Shown: positions 47,656 through 58,101 of the stretch, one piece after another | How positions within the stretch are numbered: the stretch's first letter is position 1 | Layout: every line of letters starts with the position of its first letter | Source of the DNA: Candidatus Fimenecus sp. | GTDB taxonomy: Bacteria > Bacillota > Clostridia > Oscillospirales > Acutalibacteraceae | Reading direction: 5' to 3' | NCBI GenBank assembly: GCA_045613065.1 | Contig: JAZLAH010000044.1 | Location: 55-64,054 of the forward strand | Length of the DNA stretch: 64,000 nucleotides | Translations under genes and position numbers: made by a program | The notes under the pieces: generated by a model | Databases searched by the model: none | What the model was told of the DNA's origin: nothing | The model's input: only the letters and a program-made list of their open reading frames with translations

Positions 47656-48832
47656 TTATGGGTTGTAGGCTTCTGTCTAATATGCCGTTGATTTGAGCAA
47701 TTGCTGTGCCATAATTTGTGATTGGCACATTATTTTCTTCGCAAAAACGTCGTCTGTACTGCATTTCTCTCTCTGTCAACATACATCCTCCACAATGGAT
47801 GACAAGCGAAATATCCGTTAGGTCTTCGGGAAAATCTTTACCTGAAGTAAACCTGAAATTGAGTTCTTTTCCTGAATATTCCTTAAGCCATTTCGGAAGT
47901 TTTTGTGTGCCGATATCACCACATTGACGATGATGAGTGCATCCCTCGGCTATGAGAATAGTATCACCGTCATTGAGATTTTTCATTTTATCAGCACCGT
48001 TTATAGCACTCTCTAGACTCCCTTTATATCTTGCCATAAGGATTGAAAATGATGTGAGAGGAATATCTTCACCCACAATTTTTAACACGAAACCAAAAGC
48101 CTGAGAATCAGTTATGACCATTCTTGGTTTTTCCTTTAAGGCATCAAGAGTTGTTTTAAGTTCTGTTTCTCTTGTTACAACAGGAATTGCTCCTGAATCA
48201 AGAGTGTCACGGATTGTCATTTGCTGAGGAAGAATAAGTCTTCCTTTTGGTGCAGCTGAATCAATAGGTGTTACAAGTACAACTATATCGCCCGTTTTGA
48301 ATAAATCACCAACGACTCTTTTATTCTCATTCTGTACTTTGACTGCATTTGCAATTCTGTTTTTAAGTTCATTAATATTTGTTCCGTTTTTAGCACTTAC
48401 AAAAATTGTATTATCATCTAAAACAACATTTTCTGTGAACAAATCAGCCTTATTATATGCTACAACAAAAGGAATTTTCTTTTTGTCAAAAAGAGTTAGC
48501 ATCTCTCTGTCAAACTGTTGCAATCCCAATGTAGCATCCACAACAAGTACTGCTATGTCAATATAATTAAGCACTTGTTTTGTTTTTTTGACACGCATTA
48601 ACCCAAGTTCGCCTTCGTCATCAATACCAGGAGTATCAACGATTACAACAGGTCCTAATGGTAAAAGTTCCATAGCCTTTTTTACTGGGTCTGTTGTTGT
48701 GCCTTTTACATCTGACACAAGAGATAACTCCTGTCCTGTAACTGCATTCACCACACTTGATTTACCTGCATTTCTCAGTCCGAAAAAACCTATATGCAGT
48801 CTTTCTGCTGATACAACATCATTTAAACTCAT
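47651..48832 (-). CDS. hydF: [FeFe] hydrogenase H-cluster maturation GTPase HydF
   Basis: G1 GLRNAGKSS, G3 DTPG, C-terminal CTHHRQCGD and HCGGC cluster ligands. Confidence 0.92.
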   Translation of the reverse strand: MSLNDVVSAERLHIGFFGLRNAGKSSVVNAVTGQELSLVSDVKGTTTDPVKKAMELLPLGPVVIVDTPGIDDEGELGLMRVKKTKQVLNYIDIAVLVVDATLGLQQFDREMLTLFDKKKIPFVVAYNKADLFTENVVLDDNTIFVSAKNGTNINELKNRIANAVKVQNENKRVVGDLFKTGDIVVLVTPIDSAAPKGRLILPQQMTIRDTLDSGAIPVVTRETELKTTLDALKEKPRMVITDSQAFGFVLKIVGEDIPLTSFSILMARYKGSLESAINGADKMKNLNDGDTILIAEGCTHHRQCGDIGTQKLPKWLKEYSGKELNFRFTSGKDFPEDLTDISLVIHCGGCMLTEREMQYRRRFCEENNVPITNYGTAIAQINGILDRSLQPIK

Positions 48833-48834
48833 AA

Positions 48835-50289
48835 TTAAAACCTAAAATCTCGTCTGTTTGACGCTTTAATATCTTCTACATTCTGGATTGCGATTTCTCT
48901 TGCCTTTGGATTTGGCACTTTCTGGAGTTCTTTTTCGATAAGTTCAAAACCAATTTTCTTTGTTTCTTCACTTGCATAGTCCACAAGGAATTCTGTAAGT
49001 GTCATAAGAGCATTTGGATGACAGCAGTTCTGAATCTGTCCGTTTTTGCAAAGTGCCATAAATCTATCACCAGTTCTGCCTTCACGATAACAAGCAGTAC
49101 AGAATGATGGAATGTGACCTTTTTCCATAAGCCAACGAACAACTTCGTCGAGAGTTCTTTGGTCAGAAACATCAAACTGTTCTGAATCGTGAGGACGTTC
49201 TTCTTCTGTATAACCACCAACAGACGTACGAGACGCACCGCTGATTTGTGAAATACCCATATTAAGCACTCTGCCACGAACTTCTTCTGATTCTCTTGTT
49301 GAGATAATCATTCCTGTATATGGAACTGCAATACGGATACAAGCAATAATCTTTTCAAACATTTCATCGGAAATTGAATTATCAAACGCTGTTGGGTCAA
49401 TATCGTCTGCTTTTTTGATTCTTGGAACGCTGATTGTATGAGGTCCAACACCGTGAACAGCTTCAAGATGTTCAGCGTGCATCATAAGACCAACAAATTC
49501 ATATTTGTAAAGCTCAAGTCCGAAAAGTACACCAAGACCAACGTCGTCAATGCCACCTTCCATTGCTCGGTCCATTGCCTCTGTATGATATGCATAATTA
49601 TGCTTTGGCCCTGTTGGATGAAGTTTTTCGTAACTTTCCTTATGATATGTTTCTTGGAAAAGGATATATGTGCCAATTCCTGCATCCTTGAGTTTTCTGT
49701 AATTTTCAACCGTTGTTGCTGCGATATTTACATTAACTCGACGTATTGCACCATTCTTATGCTTAATACTGTAAATTGTATCAATACATTCAAGGATATA
49801 TTCGATTGGATTATTTACAGGGTCTTCACCTGCTTCAATAGCAAGACGCTTATGTCCCATATCCTGAAGTGCAATAACTTCATTACGAACTTCTTCCTGA
49901 GTAAGCTTTTTACGACAGATATTTTTGTTCTGATAATGGTATGGACAGTAAACGCAACCATTCACACAGTAGTTTGAAAGATAAAGTGGAGCAAACATTA
50001 CGATACGATTACCGTAAAATGCAAGTTTGATTTCCTCTGCAAGCTTATACAACAGCTCATTCTTTTCAGGAATATCGCAAAGGAGCAAAACCGCTGCCTC
50101 ACGGTGAGAAAGACCTGCACAAATTGTTCCTTCTTCTGTTTTCTTTGGTCTTGCTTTTTCTAAAATTTTGTCAATCAACTCTGCATTATGCTTATTCTGT
50201 TCAGCATACTCGAGAGTCGCTAATATTTCTTCATCACTGATAAATTCTTCAGCTTTTAATGATTTTGGATTATATGCCATATTTCTCAA
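48835..50289 (-). CDS. hydG: [FeFe] hydrogenase H-cluster radical SAM maturase HydG
   Basis: CVNGCVYCPY radical SAM motif. About 480 aa with C-terminal Cys ligands CTACYREGRTGDRF. Confidence 0.92.
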   Translation of the reverse strand: MRNMAYNPKSLKAEEFISDEEILATLEYAEQNKHNAELIDKILEKARPKKTEEGTICAGLSHREAAVLLLCDIPEKNELLYKLAEEIKLAFYGNRIVMFAPLYLSNYCVNGCVYCPYHYQNKNICRKKLTQEEVRNEVIALQDMGHKRLAIEAGEDPVNNPIEYILECIDTIYSIKHKNGAIRRVNVNIAATTVENYRKLKDAGIGTYILFQETYHKESYEKLHPTGPKHNYAYHTEAMDRAMEGGIDDVGLGVLFGLELYKYEFVGLMMHAEHLEAVHGVGPHTISVPRIKKADDIDPTAFDNSISDEMFEKIIACIRIAVPYTGMIISTRESEEVRGRVLNMGISQISGASRTSVGGYTEEERPHDSEQFDVSDQRTLDEVVRWLMEKGHIPSFCTACYREGRTGDRFMALCKNGQIQNCCHPNALMTLTEFLVDYASEETKKIGFELIEKELQKVPNPKAREIAIQNVEDIKASNRRDFRF

Positions 50290-51338
50290 CCTTTCTTTAT
50301 ATCTCCTCGGTCTGTTACGATTTTATAACCGATATTTCTCATACTGTTTTTAAGATTTTCTATTTCCTGTGCAGATTCGTTTCCGCTGATTAACTTATTG
50401 TTATAAAGCTCATATTTCTTTCTAACGCTATGTGGTGAAAGATTTGGCATTATAACATTTGCTCCACACAAAATTCCTTTTTCACGACCACCTTGTTCTG
50501 CTGTGCCAAGTGCAGTTGTTGCAGGAAGCAGAATTGTGGGCTTTATAAGTCGGATAATTGACAACAAATAGCAGGTAAACTCCACATCTCCTGCATAAAA
50601 ATCTTTAAACTCAGTTGCCTTGTGAGGAATAAACGGACCTATTCCACACATTTCCGGTGAAAATTCTTCAATGAATTTTAAATCCTTTGCTAGATTTTCT
50701 GTGGTCTGATACGGTGAACCAACCATAAAGCCACAACCTGTCTGGAACCCGATTTTCTTCAGGTTTTTAAGACATTCCATACGGGTCTTAAAACTCATTT
50801 TTTCAGGATGCAACTTGTTGTAATGGTCCTCGTCTGCTGTTTCGTGACGGAGAAGATACCTATCAGCACCTGCCATATATAGTTTTTTATAGCTTTCAAA
50901 GCTTCGTTCACCCAAAGAGAGAGTCACTGCACAATCAGGATATTTTTCTTTAATTGACCTTATAATATCAACAAGAATTTCATCGGTGAAGTGCAGGTCT
51001 TCTCCACCCTGCATTACAAAGGTACGGAATCCTAAAGAATAACCTTCGTCACAACAAGAAAGAATCTCCTCTTTTGTTAGCCTATATCTGTCGCACTCTT
51101 TATTTCCAGATCTTATTCCACAATACAGACAATCGTTTTTACATATATTGCTAATTTCAATAAGACCACGGATGAAAACTGAATTCCCATAAACTTCTTT
51201 TCGTTTTTTTACAGCTTCCGTCTTTAAAAACTCTGCAATTTCACTATTTCGATTATCAATTAAATATTCATATTCAGTTGTTGATAATGAACCTGTGCTG
51301 ATTAGCTTTTGTCCGATTTTTAATAACTTATCATTCAT
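50286..51338 (-). CDS. hydE: [FeFe] hydrogenase H-cluster radical SAM maturase HydE
   Basis: CKNDCLYCGIR radical SAM motif. 350 aa, BioB-like. Confidence 0.9.
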   Translation of the reverse strand: MNDKLLKIGQKLISTGSLSTTEYEYLIDNRNSEIAEFLKTEAVKKRKEVYGNSVFIRGLIEISNICKNDCLYCGIRSGNKECDRYRLTKEEILSCCDEGYSLGFRTFVMQGGEDLHFTDEILVDIIRSIKEKYPDCAVTLSLGERSFESYKKLYMAGADRYLLRHETADEDHYNKLHPEKMSFKTRMECLKNLKKIGFQTGCGFMVGSPYQTTENLAKDLKFIEEFSPEMCGIGPFIPHKATEFKDFYAGDVEFTCYLLSIIRLIKPTILLPATTALGTAEQGGREKGILCGANVIMPNLSPHSVRKKYELYNNKLISGNESAQEIENLKNSMRNIGYKIVTDRGDIKKG

Positions 51339-51588
51339 TTGTAATCACATTTGAGTATGCAGTTTTTACGCTGACACCCTGAATTTTCCCGATTTTTCCT
51401 GACAAAGCAGAAATAACATCCTGAGGTGCATCTACTGCGATACTTACTATATTAACATTTTTCTTTCTGTATGGGATTCCCATTCTACCAACGATATATT
51501 CGCCATAATCGTGAAGAATAGCGTTAAGAAGTTCAACTGACTCCACATTCTCAACTATAATCCCCATAACAGCAATTCTTGTTTCCAT
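51331..51588 (-). CDS. TM1266-family iron-only hydrogenase system regulator (ACT/NikR-C-like, 85 aa)
   Basis: METRIAVMGIIVEN...GRMGIPY... pattern. First gene of the hydE-hydG-hydF operon. Confidence 0.8.
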   Translation of the reverse strand: METRIAVMGIIVENVESVELLNAILHDYGEYIVGRMGIPYRKKNVNIVSIAVDAPQDVISALSGKIGKIQGVSVKTAYSNVITNE

Positions 51589-51609
51589 ATTATCACCTCT
51601 GATATGTTG

Positions 51610-51650
51610 AAAAATAAAAAATAGTACAATACCCCTGAAGATATTGTACC
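51610..51650 (-). terminator. Intrinsic terminator inside the 5' leader of the hydrogenase maturation operon (attenuator candidate)
   Basis: Minus strand: GTACAATA-TCTTCAGGGG-TATTGTAC followed by TATTTTTTATTTTT, about 20 nt before the RBS AGAGGTGA. Confidence 0.6.
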
Positions 51651-51737
51651 GATAAAAAATTACAAGTGTAGTATTTTTGATTATACATTACACCTTTCAT
51701 CCGGAAGCTATCAGCATCTTCATGTCAGGTCATATAT

Positions 51738-51766
51738 ATTTTATCATATTTATTCTTTTATGTAAA
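51738..51766 (-). promoter_or_regulatory. Putative promoter of the hydrogenase maturation operon
   Basis: Minus strand: TTTACA, 17-nt spacer, TAAAAT. Confidence 0.5.
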
Positions 51767-51834
51767 GAAAAAAACATTGTAATATGTCTCATTTTTTGGT
51801 ATTATTTTTATATCTTAAAAAAGTTGGTGTAACT

Positions 51835-54345
51835 ATGCTTAAAATTATAAGTTTAATATTAAGTTTTGTGACAGTTATCTCAATGGCTGCCCAGGGACTT
51901 CCCTATTGTTTCCGTCCTACACTTGAGGTTGATGCAAACTCATTTTTAGGTGAAGTTTCAAGCAGAGCTTCAGGCTATCTTTACGGTGTGGCTGAAAACG
52001 GTGTTCCTGATTCTGCAGTTGTTGAAAGTATTGATGTTGCAAGTATTTCACAAAAGGTTGTTGACGGACTCCAACACCCTATCGGTGACGTTGACCACGT
52101 TGCACCTGTACTTGACAATTGCGATTACATTACAGTTTATATGCAGGACTGTTTTGACACCTGGTACTATTGTCACGATGAAATTATGAATATTCGTGCA
52201 ACCGGCAATTATGATAGTTTACAGTTTACTCGTGAACGATTTTTACCACAAGTTGAAGAGGCTGTTAAAAAATTAGTACAGACAGATTATCGGGACAGAC
52301 TCGTTTACTGTCTTTATAATGAAACTGACAATGCAGTGTGGTTTGGTACTGAATCACCTGACGGCACATGGCTTATGTATGATGACGAAGCAAAATTCCG
52401 TTTTTATGAAGCTTGGAAAGAAACTTACCAACTTGTCCGTTCAATTGACCCTGACGCAGTAATTGGTGGTCCAGGATATTGTGACTTCGATATCTATGAA
52501 CTTGAACACTTCCTTACATACTGTCAGGAAAATGACTGTATGCCTGATGTTATGATTTATCACGAACTTGGTGAATTCTCATCATATTATTGGCAGGACC
52601 ACGTTGACGAATATCGTGAGCTTGAAGACAAAATGGGTATTGAAGATTTACCGATTATAGTTACAGAATACGGCACAATGTATGAATGTGGTGCTCCTGC
52701 AGATATGGTGAAATACATTTCTGCTATTGAATATTCAGGCACTTACGCAAACGCTGCATACTGGAGACTTGCTAACAATCTTAACGACACAGTTGCTGAC
52801 AACAACAGCCCTAACTCTAATTGGTGGCTTTTCCGTTGGTATGCTGATATGGAAGGTTATCTTCTCGATTCAAAAATCATTGATATTACTCATTCCGACT
52901 TTGCAAATGCTATTAAATACGGATACGACAGATTCCACTACAAGTATTTCAACGGTCTTTCATCAATGAATACTGAAAAAGACGAAATTTCAGTTATCTG
53001 TGGTGGCTCTGACTATGACAGTTATATAAATTTCAAGCACCTTGGTAAAACAAATCTTGGTAAAAAGGTTAACGTTAAAATCGAAAGTGTTTGTTATGAG
53101 GGATTGAGCGGTATTGTAAACTCTCCAACTGTTGTTGCTGAATATACCGATAGAATAAGTTTAGGTAAACTTCGTGTTGACCTTAAAAACCCTGACCGAA
53201 ACACAGTTTATCGCATTACACTCACTCCTGCTGAAGATGGTAAAGAAGATTTTTATAACGACAATCTTCCTGTAAGATATGAATTCGAACACGGTGTTCG
53301 TCAGGGACTTACATACACTTATGACAGCGCTTATGCCACAACAGGTGATTTACAGGGCATGGTTGGTGGACTTGAAAACGCAGGTGACAGCGTTACTGTA
53401 AAATTCAATGTTCCAGAAGATAATTATTATGATTTATCAGTTATTTTCGGTAATTCAAATGATGGAAGTACGCCTGCTGACAGAGTTGACACAATGGCAA
53501 TTATGACTCTTGATGGTCAGAGAGAGGAAATCTATTTCCCTAACACAATAAAGAGTGAATATACTGATAAAATGACATTTGTCCGTTATCTTGCAAAAGG
53601 TGAACACACACTTACACTTGAACACGGTGAAGGCACTTTTGTTGTTGACAGTATGCTTGTTCGTCGTCACGAAGATGTAAATGAAATCACACTTTTGCCT
53701 GACTCTGACAGAACAAATGACACTACAAAATCATTCCTTGCTGTTGCACCATATGACGGATTCTATAATATGATTACTAATATTTCAACAGACTTTACTG
53801 TTGACGGTGCATCTGCATACACAGATGGTGACTGTGTTGTTTATCTTCGTAAAGGTCTTAATTACATTGACTTTGAAAGTGCTGAAGTTGTTGATTGTAC
53901 AGTAACTGTTACAGACAAAAAGAATTACAATATGAATATTTCTGCTGAAGAAATGAGTCTTTTTGATGGTACAATACTTGTAGATGACCATATTGAAAAC
54001 ATTTCATGTAATGGTGGTTCAGCAAGTTTCATGGTAAATGTTCCTGAATCAGGAAATTATCGACTTACGGTTGCTTACTCAAACAATGACGAAGGTGGAG
54101 TTCACAGCTATAACGTTGACCTTATTGAAAGATATGTCACAGTTGATGTGAATGGCACAGCACAGAATCTTTGGTGCAGAAACACATACAGCTGGGACAC
54201 AGTTAAAACTGTTACGATGAACGTTCAACTTACAGAAGGTGAAAATACAATCACTTTCACAAATGATGGTTCAGTTAAATTCAATGACAGAGATTCATAT
54301 GCACCATATATTTTCTCTGTTAGTGTAAATAAATTATGCGATTGA
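51835..54345 (+). CDS. Secreted multidomain glycoside hydrolase: clan GH-A (beta/alpha)8 catalytic domain plus two CBM6/CBM35-like modules
   Basis: Signal peptide MLKIISLILSFVTVISMAAQG. Candidate acid/base YNETD and nucleophile VTEYG. Two C-terminal beta-sandwich modules (RYEFEHG...NYYDLSV... and ...SGNYRLTVAYSN...). GH family not assigned. Confidence 0.7.
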   Translation: MLKIISLILSFVTVISMAAQGLPYCFRPTLEVDANSFLGEVSSRASGYLYGVAENGVPDSAVVESIDVASISQKVVDGLQHPIGDVDHVAPVLDNCDYITVYMQDCFDTWYYCHDEIMNIRATGNYDSLQFTRERFLPQVEEAVKKLVQTDYRDRLVYCLYNETDNAVWFGTESPDGTWLMYDDEAKFRFYEAWKETYQLVRSIDPDAVIGGPGYCDFDIYELEHFLTYCQENDCMPDVMIYHELGEFSSYYWQDHVDEYRELEDKMGIEDLPIIVTEYGTMYECGAPADMVKYISAIEYSGTYANAAYWRLANNLNDTVADNNSPNSNWWLFRWYADMEGYLLDSKIIDITHSDFANAIKYGYDRFHYKYFNGLSSMNTEKDEISVICGGSDYDSYINFKHLGKTNLGKKVNVKIESVCYEGLSGIVNSPTVVAEYTDRISLGKLRVDLKNPDRNTVYRITLTPAEDGKEDFYNDNLPVRYEFEHGVRQGLTYTYDSAYATTGDLQGMVGGLENAGDSVTVKFNVPEDNYYDLSVIFGNSNDGSTPADRVDTMAIMTLDGQREEIYFPNTIKSEYTDKMTFVRYLAKGEHTLTLEHGEGTFVVDSMLVRRHEDVNEITLLPDSDRTNDTTKSFLAVAPYDGFYNMITNISTDFTVDGASAYTDGDCVVYLRKGLNYIDFESAEVVDCTVTVTDKKNYNMNISAEEMSLFDGTILVDDHIENISCNGGSASFMVNVPESGNYRLTVAYSNNDEGGVHSYNVDLIERYVTVDVNGTAQNLWCRNTYSWDTVKTVTMNVQLTEGENTITFTNDGSVKFNDRDSYAPYIFSVSVNKLCD

Positions 54346-54357
54346 GAGGAATAAAAA

Positions 54358-55260
54358 ATGTTGGTTAAAATTATCAGAGCATTAGTGGCTTTTCTTATGC
54401 TTATCTCACCTGCTTTGCCACAAAAATTAAGTCTTCCTGCGATTCCAAGTGGTCAGGATTTAGAGCTTGATTCTCGTTTTGAACTTGTATGGTCAGACGA
54501 ATTTGACGGTGACAGTCTCGACACAACAAAATGGGGATTCCCATGGTGGGAAACAGAACGCAAAGGCGGTTTCTGGCACGAAGATATGGTTGCTGTTAAA
54601 GACGGAAATCTTGTAATTACCACAGCATATTTTGAGGAACCACTTGAAAACTATTATTATGACAAATGGCACGAAACAATCAACTTTGATGATTACAGAG
54701 AAGGTTGGTACACCGGTTGTATAGAAACAAAAGGCAAATTTGAACAAGCTTATGGATATTTTGAGTGCAGATGTATTTTACCAAAATCATCAGGTATGTG
54801 GTCTGCTTTCTGGATGATGAATAGTCAGGTACATAATGTTGACGGAAGTGGTCAGGACGGTACTGAAGTTGACGTATTTGAATCAATGTACTACAAAGAT
54901 GTGTGGTGGGGTGCTGGTGATGCTGTTATAACAGGTATCCATTATGATGGTTATGGTGAAGGTCACCAAGGTGACAGCATCGATAAATGGTTCGCAGAAA
55001 ATCCATACGAAGAATACAACACATATGGTGTTGAATGGAACACAGACGAATATATCTTCTATATCAACGGTGTTGAAACAGGAAGACTTAACAAAGGTGG
55101 CGTAAGTCAGAATCCTGAATATTTGCTTCTTTCTTGTGAGGTTGCAGGTGAAAACGGTGTAGCTTTTGCTGACCGTCATGGTGTTGGTGAAATGAGCATG
55201 GAACCTGGTGATACTGCAGAATTCATCGTTGACTACGTAAGAGTTTATCAGTATAAATAA
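54358..55260 (+). CDS. Glycoside hydrolase family 16 (beta-glucanase/laminarinase-like)
   Basis: WSDEFDG, GMWSAFWMM, and catalytic GTEVDVFE (ExDxxE). N-terminal signal/anchor. Confidence 0.85.
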   Translation: MLVKIIRALVAFLMLISPALPQKLSLPAIPSGQDLELDSRFELVWSDEFDGDSLDTTKWGFPWWETERKGGFWHEDMVAVKDGNLVITTAYFEEPLENYYYDKWHETINFDDYREGWYTGCIETKGKFEQAYGYFECRCILPKSSGMWSAFWMMNSQVHNVDGSGQDGTEVDVFESMYYKDVWWGAGDAVITGIHYDGYGEGHQGDSIDKWFAENPYEEYNTYGVEWNTDEYIFYINGVETGRLNKGGVSQNPEYLLLSCEVAGENGVAFADRHGVGEMSMEPGDTAEFIVDYVRVYQYK

Positions 55261-55266
55261 TAGTAA

Positions 55267-55298
55267 AGCAGAGAGTTTAAACGCTCTCTGCTTTTTCT
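55267..55298. terminator. Bidirectional terminator
   Basis: AGCAGAGAG-TTTAAACG-CTCTCTGCT followed by TTTTC. Confidence 0.8.
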
Positions 55299-55778
55299 TT
55301 ACCTATTCAGAATATATATTCCAAGATTCAAATATCCTGCAAATGTTACCCATACAAGATATGGTATCAACAATTTTACTGATGTCTGATTAATTTTTGA
55401 GAAGAAGTAAATATTCGCCACGATAGCAACCCATAACAACAAAAGCCAAATAAACGCAAACAGATATGCCTGTGCATTGAAAAATATGATAGACCAAAAG
55501 AAATTAAAGAACAACTGTACACCAAATGAAATTATGGCAGGTAATTTTTCTTCTTTCGTGATTGTTGTTATTACCTTATATAACGCAACACCCATAAGCA
55601 CATACAGTATTGTCCAGACCACAGGAAACAACCATCCGGGTGGTGACAATGGTGGTTTATCTATGGTTTCAAACATTTTCATATTGCCTGATGTGAACAA
55701 TGCTGACAAACCACCGACACCTAACGGTATTGCTATGCTGATTAAAAGTTTTTTCCAATCAATTCTCAAACATATCAC
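55299..55778 (-). CDS. tspO: TspO/MBR family tryptophan-rich sensory protein
   Basis: KPPLSPPGWLFPVVWTILYVLMGVALY. 5 TM. Confidence 0.9.
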   Translation of the reverse strand: MICLRIDWKKLLISIAIPLGVGGLSALFTSGNMKMFETIDKPPLSPPGWLFPVVWTILYVLMGVALYKVITTITKEEKLPAIISFGVQLFFNFFWSIIFFNAQAYLFAFIWLLLLWVAIVANIYFFSKINQTSVKLLIPYLVWVTFAGYLNLGIYILNR

Positions 55779-55812
55779 CTCATCTCATTGTATGATCGTT
55801 TGCAAATCGGTA

Positions 55813-56247
55813 TCACAAAAATTGACGCATCTGAATTATCATATCTTCCTCAAGGTTTATAAGGCGTTTGCAGATATCTTTTGATTTTTCGTCGGCAGCC
55901 TCGTATTTGTTGAGATATTTGTTAAGGGATTTTACACCCATATTACAACCGTCCGTAATCAAATCGGCAATTGTATGGTCAGATTCATTCATAACTAATT
56001 TTACATTTGTTTTCATCCACGACATACCTTTTGCCATTGGATTGGGCTCTTTGCCGTCGTCGTGATATTGGTCGAGAAGTGACTGCAATTCCTTATCAAG
56101 TTTAGTGTGCTCTTCTCGTTGGTCATTAAGGTCTTTACGAAGTTTTTCTGACTTTACGTATTTAAGCACATCATCAATAGATGAAATACCCATTTTTACT
56201 CCTGCATCACATTCACGCAACAACTTTATTGTATCCTGTTCAACCAT
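55813..56247 (-). CDS. Hypothetical helical-bundle protein (144 aa)
   Basis: ORF with strongly helical, charged composition. Family not recognised with confidence. Confidence 0.5.
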   Translation of the reverse strand: MVEQDTIKLLRECDAGVKMGISSIDDVLKYVKSEKLRKDLNDQREEHTKLDKELQSLLDQYHDDGKEPNPMAKGMSWMKTNVKLVMNESDHTIADLITDGCNMGVKSLNKYLNKYEAADEKSKDICKRLINLEEDMIIQMRQFL

Positions 56248-56314
56248 AATTAAATCTCCTTTATTTTTTTAATAGTATAAGCTAAAAATAAAGGATTATA
56301 ACAAAAAGACAGAA

Positions 56315-57115
56315 TTACTGAGACTCTGTCTTTTCTTCTTTTTTATCTTCTGTTTTTTCTTCTTTCTTTTTAAAACTCGCAATAGCAGCTGTTACACAAT
56401 AGACTTCACTTGCGCCTCTTATTTTTAAAATTGCAGCACAATCGTCAAGAGTTGAGCCTGATGTTTTTACATCATCCACCAACAGAATCGTTTTCCCCTT
56501 AACATTTATTCCGTTTTTTACATCATATACTCCAAAGACATTTCCTTTGCGTGCTCTGCTATTCATTTTGTGTTGTGCTTTTGTTTCAAAAAGTTTTACA
56601 AGAATGTTGCACAATGGTATTTTCAGTTCTTTCGATAGATTTTCAGCAAGAACTTCACTTTGATTATATTTTCTCTTTATCTTCTGCCAGTTTGTAAATG
56701 GTACAAAGCATATAAAATCAAATTTCTTATCCCCGAAATCTTCTTTAACTACTGTTGCCATATCCTGTGCAAGAATACTTCCCAAAACAAGTTTACCGCT
56801 GAATTTGAGTCTGACAATACATTGTTTAATACAATCCTCATAATAAAATGGTGCTGTTACTCCATCATAACTCAATTTATGCTTTTTACAAACACATCTT
56901 GATTTTTCTACACCACAATATTTACATTTCTCGCCTTTGATTACCGGCAAATTCTCTGTACACTCTTTGCAGAGTATTTCATCTCTTTCTAAGGTTTCAC
57001 CACAGTACCGACAACGATTAGTAAAGAAGAACCAGAGAACTCGGTCATAAAAGAACCTTTTAAGTTTTTCTTTCATTCTGCGCTGACTCCTTCCGTTACA
57101 ATTACGGAAATGCAT
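56315..57115 (-). CDS. comFC: ComF family protein (ComFC-like phosphoribosyltransferase)
   Basis: N-terminal CxxC pairs (CRYCGE...CKEC, CKYCG), PRT motif ILLVDDVKTSGSTL, K/E-rich tail. TAATG overlap with the upstream gene; alternative start ATG 57076. Confidence 0.8.
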   Translation of the reverse strand: MHFRNCNGRSQRRMKEKLKRFFYDRVLWFFFTNRCRYCGETLERDEILCKECTENLPVIKGEKCKYCGVEKSRCVCKKHKLSYDGVTAPFYYEDCIKQCIVRLKFSGKLVLGSILAQDMATVVKEDFGDKKFDFICFVPFTNWQKIKRKYNQSEVLAENLSKELKIPLCNILVKLFETKAQHKMNSRARKGNVFGVYDVKNGINVKGKTILLVDDVKTSGSTLDDCAAILKIRGASEVYCVTAAIASFKKKEEKTEDKKEEKTESQ

Positions 57116-58074
57116 TAACCTATGATTTGGTTGTTTGATATATAACTTTTATACTTTTTATATAATTCTGCAGAATTATCGTGACCTGAAAAGACTTTGG
57201 AATCTGTTGGATTCATAAGTCCCAAATACTGATAACCGAGAATTTTATCAGCATATGGTGCAACATTTTCAATCTGCTTTTTAATTCTGTCGAATGATGC
57301 AGGAATCAATGCACTTTGGTAAACCATTCCTTCAAAGTCAAACAGTTCAATATCTGCCCAAAGTTCAGCACGGCCAGCTTTATCATGAGCTTTTCGAAGT
57401 TTTTCAAAAAGCCTTTTTGTTCTGTCAACTTTCGTTTTTCGAACACCAACTTCATCCTGATAAGCAATAAAATCTACATCTAATTCTGCAAGTGAACGGA
57501 TAAAACGATTATTTGCAAAAACGAGATTTGTGCCATACGGTGCTATTAAAGTTTTCTTATCTGGAGTTAATTCATGACATCTTGCAGAGCAAAGATTAAC
57601 ATACTTCATAAAATCCTTTGAATAGTTTAGGATTATACAGGTTTCATCAGGGAAATACCAACCATAAAAGCTTTTGTGATGAGAATACAGTGCAGTTATT
57701 TCTTCCATAGCCCTGAATGAACGGTCAATTACTTCTTTGCTTTTGATATTATCGTTTGCTTTTCGCCAATCACCATAAAAACCATTACCTAAAAACACCT
57801 TGACACCACAAATATCTGCTTCACAAAGCAACTCCTCAATCGGGTCGACACAAGGAATATCTGCAAACGGAAAAACTGACGACTTGAAATAACATTTTTC
57901 ATAAAGTGCAGTTGCCATAACTACGATATAGTCCATACCAACTTCTGAAATTTCACGAACTTTTCGTCGCCAGTCCTCTGCTTTGAACTGGTCGATTGTT
58001 GGATTCCAATACTTTCCTTCAGGAGTATTGTGATGATGGAACTCAAAGAATGTTCCGTCAATTTTTCTATTCAT
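57115..58074 (-). CDS. DUF4434-like TIM-barrel (glycoside hydrolase-like) protein
   Basis: GTFFEFHHHN start and length are typical of DUF4434 as recalled. Confidence 0.55.
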   Translation of the reverse strand: MNRKIDGTFFEFHHHNTPEGKYWNPTIDQFKAEDWRRKVREISEVGMDYIVVMATALYEKCYFKSSVFPFADIPCVDPIEELLCEADICGVKVFLGNGFYGDWRKANDNIKSKEVIDRSFRAMEEITALYSHHKSFYGWYFPDETCIILNYSKDFMKYVNLCSARCHELTPDKKTLIAPYGTNLVFANNRFIRSLAELDVDFIAYQDEVGVRKTKVDRTKRLFEKLRKAHDKAGRAELWADIELFDFEGMVYQSALIPASFDRIKKQIENVAPYADKILGYQYLGLMNPTDSKVFSGHDNSAELYKKYKSYISNNQIIG

Positions 58075-58101
58075 TATTTCACCTCGGTAAATTATAAATT
58101 A

